The notes below the pieces were generated by a model that saw only the letters and a program-made list of their open reading frames with translations, was not told where the DNA came from and did no database searches. Positions 51,913-64,000 of a stretch of 64,000 bases of DNA are shown here, one piece after another. The stretch covers positions 3,596,001 through 3,660,000 of the forward strand of contig OZ024745.1 in assembly GCA_964016885.1 (NCBI GenBank), read 5' to 3'. The translations under genes and the position numbers were made by a program. How positions within the stretch are numbered: position 1 is the stretch's first letter; every line of letters starts with the position of its first letter. The DNA comes from Eledone cirrhosa (taxonomy: Eukaryota).

Positions 51913-54900
51913 CAGGAAGGGTGTCTGGTTATAGGATAACACTGCAGGAAGGGTGTCTGGTTAGATAATACTGCAGGAAGAGTGTCTGGTTAGATAACAC
52001 TGCAGGAAGGGTGTCTGGTTAGATAACACTGCGGGAAGAGTGTCTGGTTAGATAATACTGCAGGAAGAGTGTCTGGTTAGATAACACTGCAGGAAGGGTG
52101 TCTGGTTAGATAATACTGCAGGAAGGGTGTCTGGTTATAGGATAATACTGCAGGAAGGGTGTCTAGTTAGATAATACTGCAGGAAGGGTGTCTGGTTATA
52201 GGATAATACTGCAGGAAGGGTGTCTGGTTAGATAATACTGCAGGAAGGGTGTCTGGTTAGATAATACTGCAGGAAGGGTGTCTGGTTAGATAATACGGCA
52301 GGAAGGGTGTCTGGTTAGATAACACTGCAGGAAGGGTGTCTGGTTAGATAATACTGCAGGAAGGGTGTCTGGTTAGATAACACTGCAGGAAGGGTGTCTG
52401 GTTAGATAATACTGCAGGAAGAGTGTATGGTTAGATAACACTGCAGGAAGAGTGTCTGGTTAGATAACACTGCAGGAAGGGTGTCTGGTTAGATAATACT
52501 GCAGGAAGGGTGTCTGGTTAGATAACACTGCAGGAAGAGTGTCTGGTTATAGGATAATACTGCAGGAAGGGTGTCTGGTTAGATAACACTGCAGGAAGAG
52601 TGTCTGGTTAGATAACACTGCAGGAAGGGTGTCTGGTTAGATAATACTACAAGAAGGGTGTCTGGTTAGATAACACTGCAGGAAGAGTGTCTGGTTAGAT
52701 AATACTGCAGGAAGAGTGTCTGGTTAGATAATACTGCAGGAAGGGTGTCTGGTTAGATAACACTGCAGGAAGGGTGTCTGGTTATAGGATAATACTGCAG
52801 GAAGGGTGTCTGGTTAGATAATACTGCAGGAAGAGTGTCTGGTTAGATAATACTGCAGGAAGGGTGTCTGGTTAGATAACACTGCAGGAAGGGTGTCTGG
52901 TTAGATAACACTGCAGGAAGAGTGTCTGGTTAGATAATACTGCAGGAAGGGTGTCTGGTTAGATAACACTGCAGGAAGAGTGTCTGGTTAGATAACACTG
53001 CAGGAAGGGTGTCTGGTTATAGGATAACACTGCAGGAAGAGTGTCTGGTGAGATAATACTGCAGGAAGGGTGTCTGGTTATAGGATACTGCAGGAAGGGT
53101 GTCTGGTTAGATAATACTGCAGGAAGGGTGTCTGGTTAGATAATACTGCAGGAAGGGTGTCTGGTTAGATAATACTGCAGGAAGGGTGTCTGGTTAGATA
53201 ACACTGCAGGAAGAGTGTCTGGTTAGATAACACTGCAGGAAGGGTGTCTGGTTAGATAATACTGCAGGAAGGGTGTCTGGTTAGATAACACTGCAGGAAG
53301 AGTGTCTGGTTATAGGATAATACTGCAGGAAGGGTGTCTGGTTAGATAACACTGCAGGAAGAGTGTCTGGTTAGATAACACTGCAGGAAGAGTGTCTGGT
53401 TAGATAACACTGCAGGAAGGGTGTCTGGTTAGATAACACTGCAGGAAGAGTGTCTGGTTAGATAACACTGCAGGAAGAGTGTCTGGTTAGATAATACTGC
53501 AGGAAGGGTGTCTGGTTAGATAATACTGTAGGAAGGGTGTCTGGTTAGATAACACTGCAGGAAGGGTGTCTGGTTAGATAACACTGCAGGAAGAGTGTCT
53601 GGTTAGATAACACTGCAGGAAGAGTGTCTGGTTAGATAATACTGCAGGAAGGGTGTCTGGTTAGATAATACTGCAGGAAGGGTGTCTGGTTAGATAATAC
53701 TGCAGGAAGGGTGTCTGGTTAGATAACACTGCAGGAAGGGTGTCTGGTTATAGGATAACACTGCAGTAAGGGTGTCTGGTTATAGGATAATACTGCAGGA
53801 AGAGTGTCTGGTTAGATAACACTGCAGGAAGAGTGTCTGGTTAGATAACACTGCAAGAAGGGTGTCTGGTTAGATAACACTGCAGGAAGGGTGTCTGGTT
53901 AGATAACACTGCAGGAAGGGTGTCTGGTTAGATAATACTGCAGGAAGGGTGTCTGGTTAGATAACACTGCAGGAAGGGTGTCTGGTTAGATAACACTGCA
54001 GGAAGGGTGTCTGGTTAGATAATACTGCAGGAAGAGTGTCTGGTTAGATAATACTGCAGGAAGGGTGTCTGGTTAGATAACACTGCAGGAAGGGTGTCTG
54101 GTTATAGGATAATACTGCAGGAAGGGTGTCTGGTTAGATAACACTGCAGGAAGGGTGTCTGGTTATAGGATAATACTGCAGGAAGGGTGTCTGGTTAGAT
54201 AACACTGCAGGAAGGGTGTCTGGTTATAGGATAATACTGCAGGAAGGGTGTCTGGTTAGATAATACTGCAGGAAGGGTGTCTGGTTAGATAACACTGCAA
54301 GAAGGGTGTCTGGTTAGATAATACTGCAGGAAGGGTGTCTGGTTAGATAACACTGCAGGAAGGGTGTCTGGTTAGATAATACTGCAGGAAGGGTGTCTGG
54401 TTATAGGATAATACTGCAGGAAGGGTGTCTGGTTAGATAATACTGCAGGAAGGGTGTCTGGTTATAGGATAATACTGCAGGAAGGGTGTCTGGTTAGATA
54501 ATACTGCAGGAAGGGTGTCTGGTTAGATAATACTGCAGGAAGGGTGTCTGGTTAGATAACACTGCAGGAAGGGTGTCTGGTTAGATAACACTGCAGGAAG
54601 GGTGTCTGGTTAGATAATACTGCAGGAAGAGTGTCTGGTTAGATAACACTGCAGGAAGGGTGTCTGGTTATAGGATAATACTGCAGGAAGAGTGTCTGGT
54701 TAGGTAATACTGCAGGAAGAGTGTCTGGTTAGATAATACTGCAGGAAGGGTGTCTGGTTATAGGATAATACTGCAGGAAGGGTGTCTGGTTAGATAATAC
54801 TGCAGGAAGGGTGTCTGGTTATAGGATAATACTGCAGGAAGGGTGTCTGGTTATAGGATAATACTGCAGGAAGGGTGACTGGTTAGATAACACTGCAGGA

Positions 54901-57900
54901 AGGGTGTCTGGTTAGATAATACGGCAGGAAGGGTGTCTGGTTAGATAACACTGCAGGAAGGGTGTCTGGTTATAGGATAATACTGCAGGAAGGGTGTCTG
55001 GTTAGATAATACTGCAGGAAGGGTGTCTGGTTATAGGATAATACTGCAGGAAGGGTGTCTGGTTATAGGATAATACTGCAGGAAGGGTGTCTGGTTAGAT
55101 AATACTGCAGGAAGGGTGTCTGGTTATAGGATAATACTGCAGGAAGGGTGTCTGGTTATAGGATAATACTGCAGGAAGAGTGTCTGGTTATAGGATAATA
55201 CTGCAGGAAGAGTGTCTGGTTATAGGATAACACTGCAGGAAGAGTGTCTGGTTATAGGATAACACTGCAGGAAGGGTGTCTGGTTATAGGATAATACTGC
55301 AGGAAGAGTGTCTGGTTAGGTAATACTGCAGGAAGAGTGTCTGGTTAGATAATACTGCAGGAAGGGTGTCTGGTTAGGTAATACTGCAGGAAGAGTGTCT
55401 GGTTAGATAATACTGCAGGAAGGGTGTCTGGTTATAGGATAATACTGCAGGAAGGGTGTCTGGTTAGATAATACTGCAAGAAGGGTGTCTGGTTAGATAA
55501 CACTGCAGGAAGGGTGTCTGGTGAGATAATACTGCAGGAAGGGTGTCTGGTTAGATAATACTGCAGGAAGGGTGTCTGGTTAGATAACACTGCAGGAAGG
55601 GTGTCTGGTTAGATAATACTGCAGGAAGGGTGTCTGGTTAGATAATACTGCAGGAAGGGTGTCTCGTCGGATAATACTGCAGGAAGGGTGTCTGGTTAGA
55701 TAATACTGCAGGAAGGGTGTCTGGTTAGATAACACTGCAGGAAGGGTGTCTGGTTAGATAATACTGCAGGAAGGGTGTCTGGTTAGATAACACTGCAGGA
55801 AGGGTGTCTGGTTAGATAATACTGCAGGAAGGGTGTCTGGTTATAGGATAATACTGCAGGAAGAGTGTCTGGTTAGATAATACTGCAGGAAGGGTGTCTG
55901 GTTAGATAATACTGCAGGAAGGGTGTCTGGTTAGATAATACTGCAGGAAGGGTGGCTGGTTATAGGATAATACTGCAGGAAGAGTGTCTGGTCAGATAAC
56001 ACTGCAGGAAGGGTGTCTGGTTAGATAATACTGCAGGAAGCGTGTCTGGTTAGATAATACTGCAGGAAGGGTGTCTCGTCAGATAATACTGCAGGAAGGG
56101 TGTCTGGTTAGATAATACTGCAGGAAGGGTGTCTGGTTAGATAATACTGCAGGAAGGGTGTCTGGTTAGATAACACTGCAGGAAGGGTGTCTGATTAGAT
56201 AATACTGCAGGAAGGGTGTCTGGTTAGATAACACTGCAGGAAGGGTGTCTGGTTAGATAACACTGCAGGAAGGGTGTCTGGTTAGATAACACTGCAGGAA
56301 GGGTGTCTGGTTAGATAACACTGCAGGAAGGGTGTCTGGTTAGATAACACTGCAGGAAGGGTGTCTGGTTAGATAACACTGCAGGAAGGGTGTCTGGTTA
56401 GATAACACTGCAGGAAGGGTGTCTGGTTAGATAACACTGCAGGAAGGGTGTCTGGTTAGATAACACTGCAGGAAGGGTGTCTGGTTATAGGATAATACTG
56501 CAGGAAGGGTGTCTGGTTAGATAATACTGCAGGAAGGGTGTCTGGTTAGATAATACTGCAGGAAGGGTGTCTGGTTATAGGATAATACTGCAGGAAGAGT
56601 GTCTGGTTAGATAATACTGCAGGAAGGGTGTCTGGTTAGATAATACTGCAGGAAGGGTGTCTGGTTATAGGATAATACTGCAGGAAGAGTGTCTGGTTAG
56701 ATAATACTGCAGGAAGGGTGTCTGGTTAGATAACACTGCAGGAAGGGTGTCTGGTTAGATAACACTGCAGGAAGGGTGTCTGGTTAGATAACACTGCAGG
56801 AAGGGTGTCTGGTTAGATAATACTGCAGGAAGGGTGTCTGGTTAGATAACACTGCAGGAAGAGTGTCTGGTTAGATAATACTGCAGGAAGGGTGTCTGGT
56901 TAGATAATACTGCAGGAAGGGTGTCTGGTTAGATAACACTGCAGGAAGGGTGTCTGGTTAGATAATACTGCAGGAAGGGTGTCTGGTTAGATAACACTGC
57001 AGGAAGAGTGTCTGGTTAGATAATACTGCAGGAAGGGTGTCTGGTTAGATAATACTGCAGGAAGGGTGTCTGGTTAGATAACACTGCAGGAAGGGTGTCT
57101 GGTTAGATAATACTGCAGGAAGGGTGTCTGGTTAGATAATACTGCAGGAAGGGTGTCTGGTTAGATAACACTGCAGGAAGGGTGTCTGGTTAGATAACAT
57201 TGCAGGAAGAGTGTCTGGTTAGATAATACTGCAGGAAGGGTGTCTGGTTAGATAACACTGCAGGAAGGGTGTCTGGTTAGATAACACTGCAGGAAGAGTG
57301 TCTGTTTATAGGATAATACTGCAGGAAGGGTGTCTGGTTAGATAACACTGCAGGAAGAGTGTCTGGTTAGATAATACTGCAGGAAGGGTGTCTGGTTAGA
57401 TAACACTGCAGGAAGGGTGTCTGGTTAGATAACACTGCAGGAAGGGTGTCTGGTTAGATAACACTGCAGGAAGGGTGTCTGGTTAGATAACACTGCAGGA
57501 AGAGTGTCTGTTTATAGGATAATACTGCAGGAAGGGTGTCTGGTTAGATAACACTGCAGGAAGAGTGTCTGGTTAGATAATACTGCAGGAAGGGTGTCTG
57601 GTTAGATAACACTGCAGGAAAGGTGTCTGGTTAGATAACACTGCAGGAAGAGTGTCTGTTTATAGGATAATACTGCAGGAAGGGTGTCTGGTTAGATAAT
57701 ACTGCAGGAAGGGTGTCTGGTTAGATAATACTGCAGGAAGGGTGTCTGGTTAGATAACACTGCAGGAAGGGTCTGGTTAAATAATACTGCAGGAAGGGTG
57801 TCTGGTTAGATAATACTGCAGGAAGGGTGTCTGGTTAGATAACACTGCAGGAAGGGTGTCTGGTTAGATAACACTGCAGGAAGGGTGTCTGGTTAGATAA

Positions 57901-60900
57901 TACTGCAGGAAGGGTGTCTGGTTAGATAATACTGCAGGAAGAGTGTCTGGTTAGATAACACTGCAGGAAGGGTCTGGTTAGATAATACTGCAGGAAGGGT
58001 GTCTGGTTAGATAATACTGCAGGAAGGGTGTCTGGTTAGATAATACTGCAGGAAGGGTGTCTGGTTAGATAACACTGCAGGAAGGGTGTCTGGTTATAGG
58101 ATAATACTGCAGGAAGGGTGTCTGGTTAGATAACACTGCAGGAAGGGTGTCTGGTTAGATAACACTGCAGGAAGGGTGTCTGGTTATAGGATAATACTGC
58201 AGGAAGGGTGTCTGGTTAGATAACACTGCAGGAAGGGTGTCTGGTTAGATAATACTGCAGGAAGGGTGTCTGGTTAGATAACACTGCAGGAAGGGTGTCT
58301 GGTTAGATAATACTGCAGGAAGGGTGTCTGGTTAGATAATACTGCAGGAAGAGTGTCTGGTTAGATAATACTGCAGGAAGGGTGTCTGGTTAGATAATAC
58401 TGCAGGAAGGGTGTCTGGTTAGATAACACTGCAGGAAGGGTGTCTGGTTAGATAATACTGCAGGAAGGGTGTCTGGTTAGATAACACTGCAGGAAGGGTC
58501 CGGTTAAATAATACTGCAGGAAGGGTGTCTGGTTAGATAATACTGCAGGAAGGGTGTCTGGTTAGATAACACTGCAGGAAGGGTGTCTGGTTATAGGATA
58601 CTGCAGGAAGGGTGTCTGGTTAGATAATACTGCAGGAAGGGTGTCTGGTTAGATAATACTGCAGGAAGGGTGTCTGGTTAGATAATACTGCAGGAAGAGT
58701 GTCTGGTTATAGGATAATACTGCAGGAAGAGTGTCTGGTGAGATAATACTGCAGGAAGGGTGTCTGGTTATATAATACTGCAGGAAGGGTGTCTGGTTAG
58801 ATAACACTGCAGGAAGGGTGTCTGGTTAGATAATACTGCAGGAAGGGTGTCTGGTTAGATAATACTGCAGGAAGGGTGTCTGGTTAGATAATACTGCAGG
58901 AAGGGTGTCTGGTTAGATAACACTGCAGGAAGGGTGTCTGGTTATAGGATACTGCAGGAAGGGTGTCTGGTTAGATAATACTGCAGGAAGGGTGTCTGGT
59001 TAGATAATACTGCAGGAAGGGTGTCTGGTTAGATAATACTGCAGGAAGGGTGTCTGGTTATAGGATAATACTGCAGGAAGAGTGTCTGGTGAGATAATAC
59101 TGCAGGAAGGGTGTCTGGTTAGATAATACTGCAGGAAGGGTGTCTGGTTAGATAACACTGCAGGAAGGGTGTCTGGTTAGATAATACTGCAGGAAGGGTG
59201 TCTGGTTAGATAATACTGCAGGAAGGGTGTCTGGTTAGATAATACTGCAGGAAGGGTGTCTGGTTAGATAATGCTGCAGGAAGGGTGTCTGGTTAGATAA
59301 CACTGCAGGAAGGGTGTCTGGTTAGATAATACTGCAGGAAGGGTGACTGGTTAGATAATACTGCAGGAAGGGTGTCTGGTTAGATAACACTGCAGGAAGG
59401 GTGTCTGGTTAGATAATGCTGCAGGAAGGGTGACTGGTTAGATAATACTGCAGGAAGGGTGTCTGGTTAGATAACACTGCAGGAAGGGTGTCTGGTTAGA
59501 TAACACTGCAGGAAGGGTGTCTGGTTATAGGATAATACTGCAGGAAGGGTGTCTGGTTAGATAACACTGCAGGAAGGGTGTCTGGTTAGATAACACTGCA
59601 GGAAGGGTGTCTGGTTATAGGATAATACTGCAGGAAGGGTGTCTGGTTAGATAACACTGCAGGAAGGGTGTCTGGTTAGATAATACTGCAGGAAGGGTGT
59701 CTGGTTAGATAATACTGCAGGAAGGGTGTCTGGTTATAGGGTAATACTGCAGGAAGGGTGTCTGGTTAGATAATACTGCAAGAAGGGTGTCTGGTTAGAT
59801 AACACTGCAGGAAGAGTGTCTGGTTAGATAATACTGCAGGAAGGGTGTCTGGTTAGATAATACTGCAGGAAGGGTGTCTGGTTATAGGGTAATACTGCAG
59901 GAAGGGTGTCTGGTTAGATAATACTGCAAGAAGGGTGTCTGGTTAGATAACACTGCAGGAAGAGTGTCTGGTTAGATAATACTGCAGGAAGGGTGTCTGG
60001 TTAGATAATACTGCAGGAAGAGTGTCTGGTTAGATAATACTGCAGGAAGAGTGTCTGGTTAGATAACACTGCAGGAAGGGTCTGGTTAGATAATACTGCA
60101 GGAAGGGTGTCTGGTTAGATAACACTGCAGGAAGAGTGTCTGTTTATAGGATAATACTGCAGGAAGGGTGTCTGGTTAGATAACACTGCAGGAAGAGTGT
60201 CTGGTTAGATAATACTGCAGGAAGGGTGTCTGGTTAGATAACACTGCAGGAAGGGTGTCTGGTTAGATAACACTGCAGGAAGGGTGTCTGGTTAGATAAC
60301 ACTGCAGGAAGGGTGTCTGGTTAGATAACACTGCAGGAAGAGTGTCTGTTTATAGGATAATACTGCAGGAAGGGTGTCTGGTTAGATAACACTGCAGGAA
60401 GAGTGTCTGGTTAGATAATACTGCAGGAAGGGTGTCTGGTTAGATAACACTGCAGGAAAGGTGTCTGGTTAGATAACACTGCAGGAAGAGTGTCTGTTTA
60501 TAGGATAATACTGCAGGAAGGGTGTCTGGTTAGATAATACTGCAGGAAGGGTGTCTGGTTAGATAATACTGCAGGAAGGGTGTCTGGTTAGATAACACTG
60601 CAGGAAGGGTCTGGTTAAATAATACTGCAGGAAGGGTGTCTGGTTAGATAATACTGCAGGAAGGGTGTCTGGTTAGATAACACTGCAGGAAGGGTCTGGT
60701 TAGATAATACTGCAGGAAGGGTGTCTGGTTAGATAATACTGCAGGAAGGGTGTCTGGTTAGATAATACTGCAGGAAGAGTGTCTGGTTAGATAACACTGC
60801 AGGAAGGGTCTGGTTAGATAATACTGCAGGAAGGGTGTCTGGTTAGATAATACTGCAGGAAGGGTGTCTGGTTAGATAATACTGCAGGAAGGGTGTCTGG

Positions 60901-63900
60901 TTAGATAACACTGCAGGAAGGGTGTCTGGTTATAGGATAATACTGCAGGAAGGGTGTCTGGTTAGATAACACTGCAGGAAGGGTGTCTGGTTAGATAACA
61001 CTGCAGGAAGGGTGTCTGGTTATAGGATAATACTGCAGGAAGGGTGTCTGGTTAGATAACACTGCAGGAAGGGTGTCTGGTTAGATAATACTGCAGGAAG
61101 GGTGTCTGGTTAGATAACACTGCAGGAAGGGTGTCTGGTTAGATAATACTGCAGGAAGGGTGTCTGGTTAGATAATACTGCAGGAAGAGTGTCTGGTTAG
61201 ATAATACTGCAGGAAGGGTGTCTGGTTAGATAATACTGCAGGAAGGGTGTCTGGTTAGATAACACTGCAGGAAGGGTGTCTGGTTAGATAATACTGCAGG
61301 AAGGGTGTCTGGTTAGATAACACTGCAGGAAGGGTCCGGTTAAATAATACTGCAGGAAGGGTGTCTGGTTAGATAATACTGCAGGAAGGGTGTCTGGTTA
61401 GATAACACTGCAGGAAGGGTGTCTGGTTATAGGATACTGCAGGAAGGGTGTCTGGTTAGATAATACTGCAGGAAGGGTGTCTGGTTAGATAATACTGCAG
61501 GAAGGGTGTCTGGTTAGATAATACTGCAGGAAGAGTGTCTGGTTATAGGATAATACTGCAGGAAGAGTGTCTGGTGAGATAATACTGCAGGAAGGGTGTC
61601 TGGTTAGATAATACTGCAGGAAGGGTGTCTGGTTAGATAACACTGCAGGAAGGGTGTCTGGTTAGATAATACTGCAGGAAGGGTGTCTGGTTAGATAATA
61701 CTGCAGGAAGGGTGTCTGGTTAGATAATACTGCAGGAAGGGTGTCTGGTTAGATAACACTGCAGGAAGGGTGTCTGGTTATAGGATACTGCAGGAAGGGT
61801 GTCTGGTTAGATAATACTGCAGGAAGGGTGTCTGGTTAGATAATACTGCAGGAAGGGTGTCTGGTTAGATAATACTGCAGGAAGGGTGTCTGGTTATAGG
61901 ATAATACTGCAGGAAGAGTGTCTGGTGAGATAATACTGCAGGAAGGGTGTCTGGTTAGATAATACTGCAGGAAGGGTGTCTGGTTAGATAACACTGCAGG
62001 AAGGGTGTCTGGTTAGATAATACTGCAGGAAGGGTGTCTGGTTAGATAATACTGCAGGAAGGGTGTCTGGTTAGATAATACTGCAGGAAGGGTGTCTGGT
62101 TAGATAATGCTGCAGGAAGGGTGTCTGGTTAGATAACACTGCAGGAAGGGTGTCTGGTTAGATAATACTGCAGGAAGGGTGACTGGTTAGATAATACTGC
62201 AGGAAGGGTGTCTGGTTAGATAACACTGCAGGAAGGGTGTCTGGTTAGATAATGCTGCAGGAAGGGTGACTGGTTAGATAATACTGCAGGAAGGGTGTCT
62301 GGTTAGATAACACTGCAGGAAGGGTGTCTGGTTAGATAACACTGCAGGAAGGGTGTCTGGTTATAGGATAATACTGCAGGAAGGGTGTCTGGTTAGATAA
62401 CACTGCAGGAAGGGTGTCTGGTTAGATAACACTGCAGGAAGGGTGTCTGGTTATAGGATAATACTGCAGGAAGGGTGTCTGGTTAGATAACACTGCAGGA
62501 AGGGTGTCTGGTTAGATAATACTGCAGGAAGGGTGTCTGGTTAGATAATACTGCAGGAAGGGTGTCTGGTTATAGGGTAATACTGCAGGAAGGGTGTCTG
62601 GTTAGATAATACTGCAAGAAGGGTGTCTGGTTAGATAACACTGCAGGAAGAGTGTCTGGTTAGATAATACTGCAGGAAGGGTGTCTGGTTAGATAATACT
62701 GCAGGAAGGGTGTCTGGTTATAGGGTAATACTGCAGGAAGGGTGTCTGGTTAGATAATACTGCAAGAAGGGTGTCTGGTTAGATAACACTGCAGGAAGAG
62801 TGTCTGGTTAGATAATACTGCAGGAAGGGTGTCTGGTTAGATAATACTGCAGGAAGAGTGTCTGGTTAGATAATACTGCAGGAAGAGTGTCTGGTTAGAT
62901 AATACTGCAAGAAGGGTGTCTGGTTAGATAATACTGCAGGAAGGGTGTCTGGTTATAGGATAATACTGCAGGAAGGGTGTCTGGTTATAGGATAATACTG
63001 AAGGAAGGGTGTCTGGTTAGATAATACTGCAGGAAGGGTGTCTGGTTAGATAATACTGCAGGAAGGGTGTCTGGTTATAGGATAATACTGCAGGAAGGGT
63101 GTCTGGTTAGATAACACTGCAGGAAGGGTGTCTGGTTAGATAATACTGCAGGAAGGGTGTCTGGTTAGATAATACTGCAGGAAGGGTGTCTGGTTATAGG
63201 ATAATACTGCAGGAAGGGTGTCTGGTTAGATAATACTGCAGGAAGGGTGTCTGGTTAGATAATACTGCAGGAAGGGTGTCTGGTTATAGGATAATACTGC
63301 AGGAAGGGTGTCTGGTTAGATAACACTGCAGGAAGGGTGTCTGGTTAGATAATACTGCAGGAAGGGTGTCTGGTTAGATAATACTGCAGGAAGGGTGTCT
63401 GGTTAGATAATACTGCAGGAAGGGTGTCTGGTTAGATAATACTGCAGGAAGGGTGTCTGGTTAGATAATACTGCAGGAAGGGTGTCTGGTTAGATAATAC
63501 TGCAGGAAGGGTGTCTGGTTAGATAATACTGCAGGAAGGGTGTCTGGTTAGATAACACTGCAGGAAGGGTCTGGTTAGATAACACGGCAGGAAGGGTGTC
63601 TGGTTAGATAATACTGCAGGAAGGGTGTCTGGTTATAGGATAATACTGCAGGAAGGGTGTCTGGTTAGATAATACTGCAGGAAGGGTGTATGGTTAGATA
63701 ATACTGCAGGAAGGGTGTCTGGTTAGATAATACTGCAGGAAGGGTGTCTGGTTATAGGATAATACTGCAGGAAGGGTGTCTGGTTAGATAACACTGCAGG
63801 AAGGGTGTCTGGTTAGATAATACTGCAGGAAGGGTGTCTGGTTAGATAATACTGCAGGAAGGGTGTCTGGTTAGATAATACTGCAGGAAGGGTGTCTGGT

Positions 63901-64000
63901 TAGATAATACTGCAGGAAGGGTGTCTGGTTAGATAACACTGCAGGAAGGGTGTCTGGTTAGATAATACTGCAGGAAGGGTGTCTGGTTAGATAACACTGC
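51913..64000. repeat. Satellite array 2: 29-bp monomer CTGCAGGAAGRGTGTCTGGTTAGATAAYA, with a 32-bp variant (...GGTTATAGGATAA...); >400 copies, continues past the window
   Basis: Directly visible, very homogeneous, PstI site in nearly every monomer. Confidence 0.98.

Noticed and set aside
25868-64000. CRISPR-like regular repeats
   Set aside because: Monomers are head-to-tail with no unique spacers, there are no cas genes, and the context is a eukaryotic intron.

Overview
Eukaryotic (metazoan) genomic DNA. The RTE-LINE, SINE and TA-microsatellite repertoire suggests a mollusc, probably an octopus; that assignment is inference. The window lies inside a minus-strand MAU2 (Scc4, cohesin loader subunit) gene. 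Four consecutive, phase-compatible GT-AG exons at 25557-25630, 25040-25130, 23625-23728 and 22679-22756 are largely missed by the ORF track. Bases 1-22.4 kb form a nested retroelement cluster: two Penelope-like (GIY-YIG, Naiad-type) fragments, six copies of two RTE-clade LINE families whose RT carries an inserted PHD-type zinc finger, a tRNA-derived SINE sharing the RTE tail, and long (TA)n-type microsatellites. Bases 25.9-64 kb are two adjacent satellite arrays: a 47-bp monomer (~25.8 kb) and a 29/32-bp monomer (>12 kb, running off the window end). Both show kb-scale higher-order duplications, and the second appears to derive from a SINE/RTE 3' tail. No prokaryotic systems, CRISPR arrays, rRNA or intact tRNA are supported. 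All alignments were done by eye.
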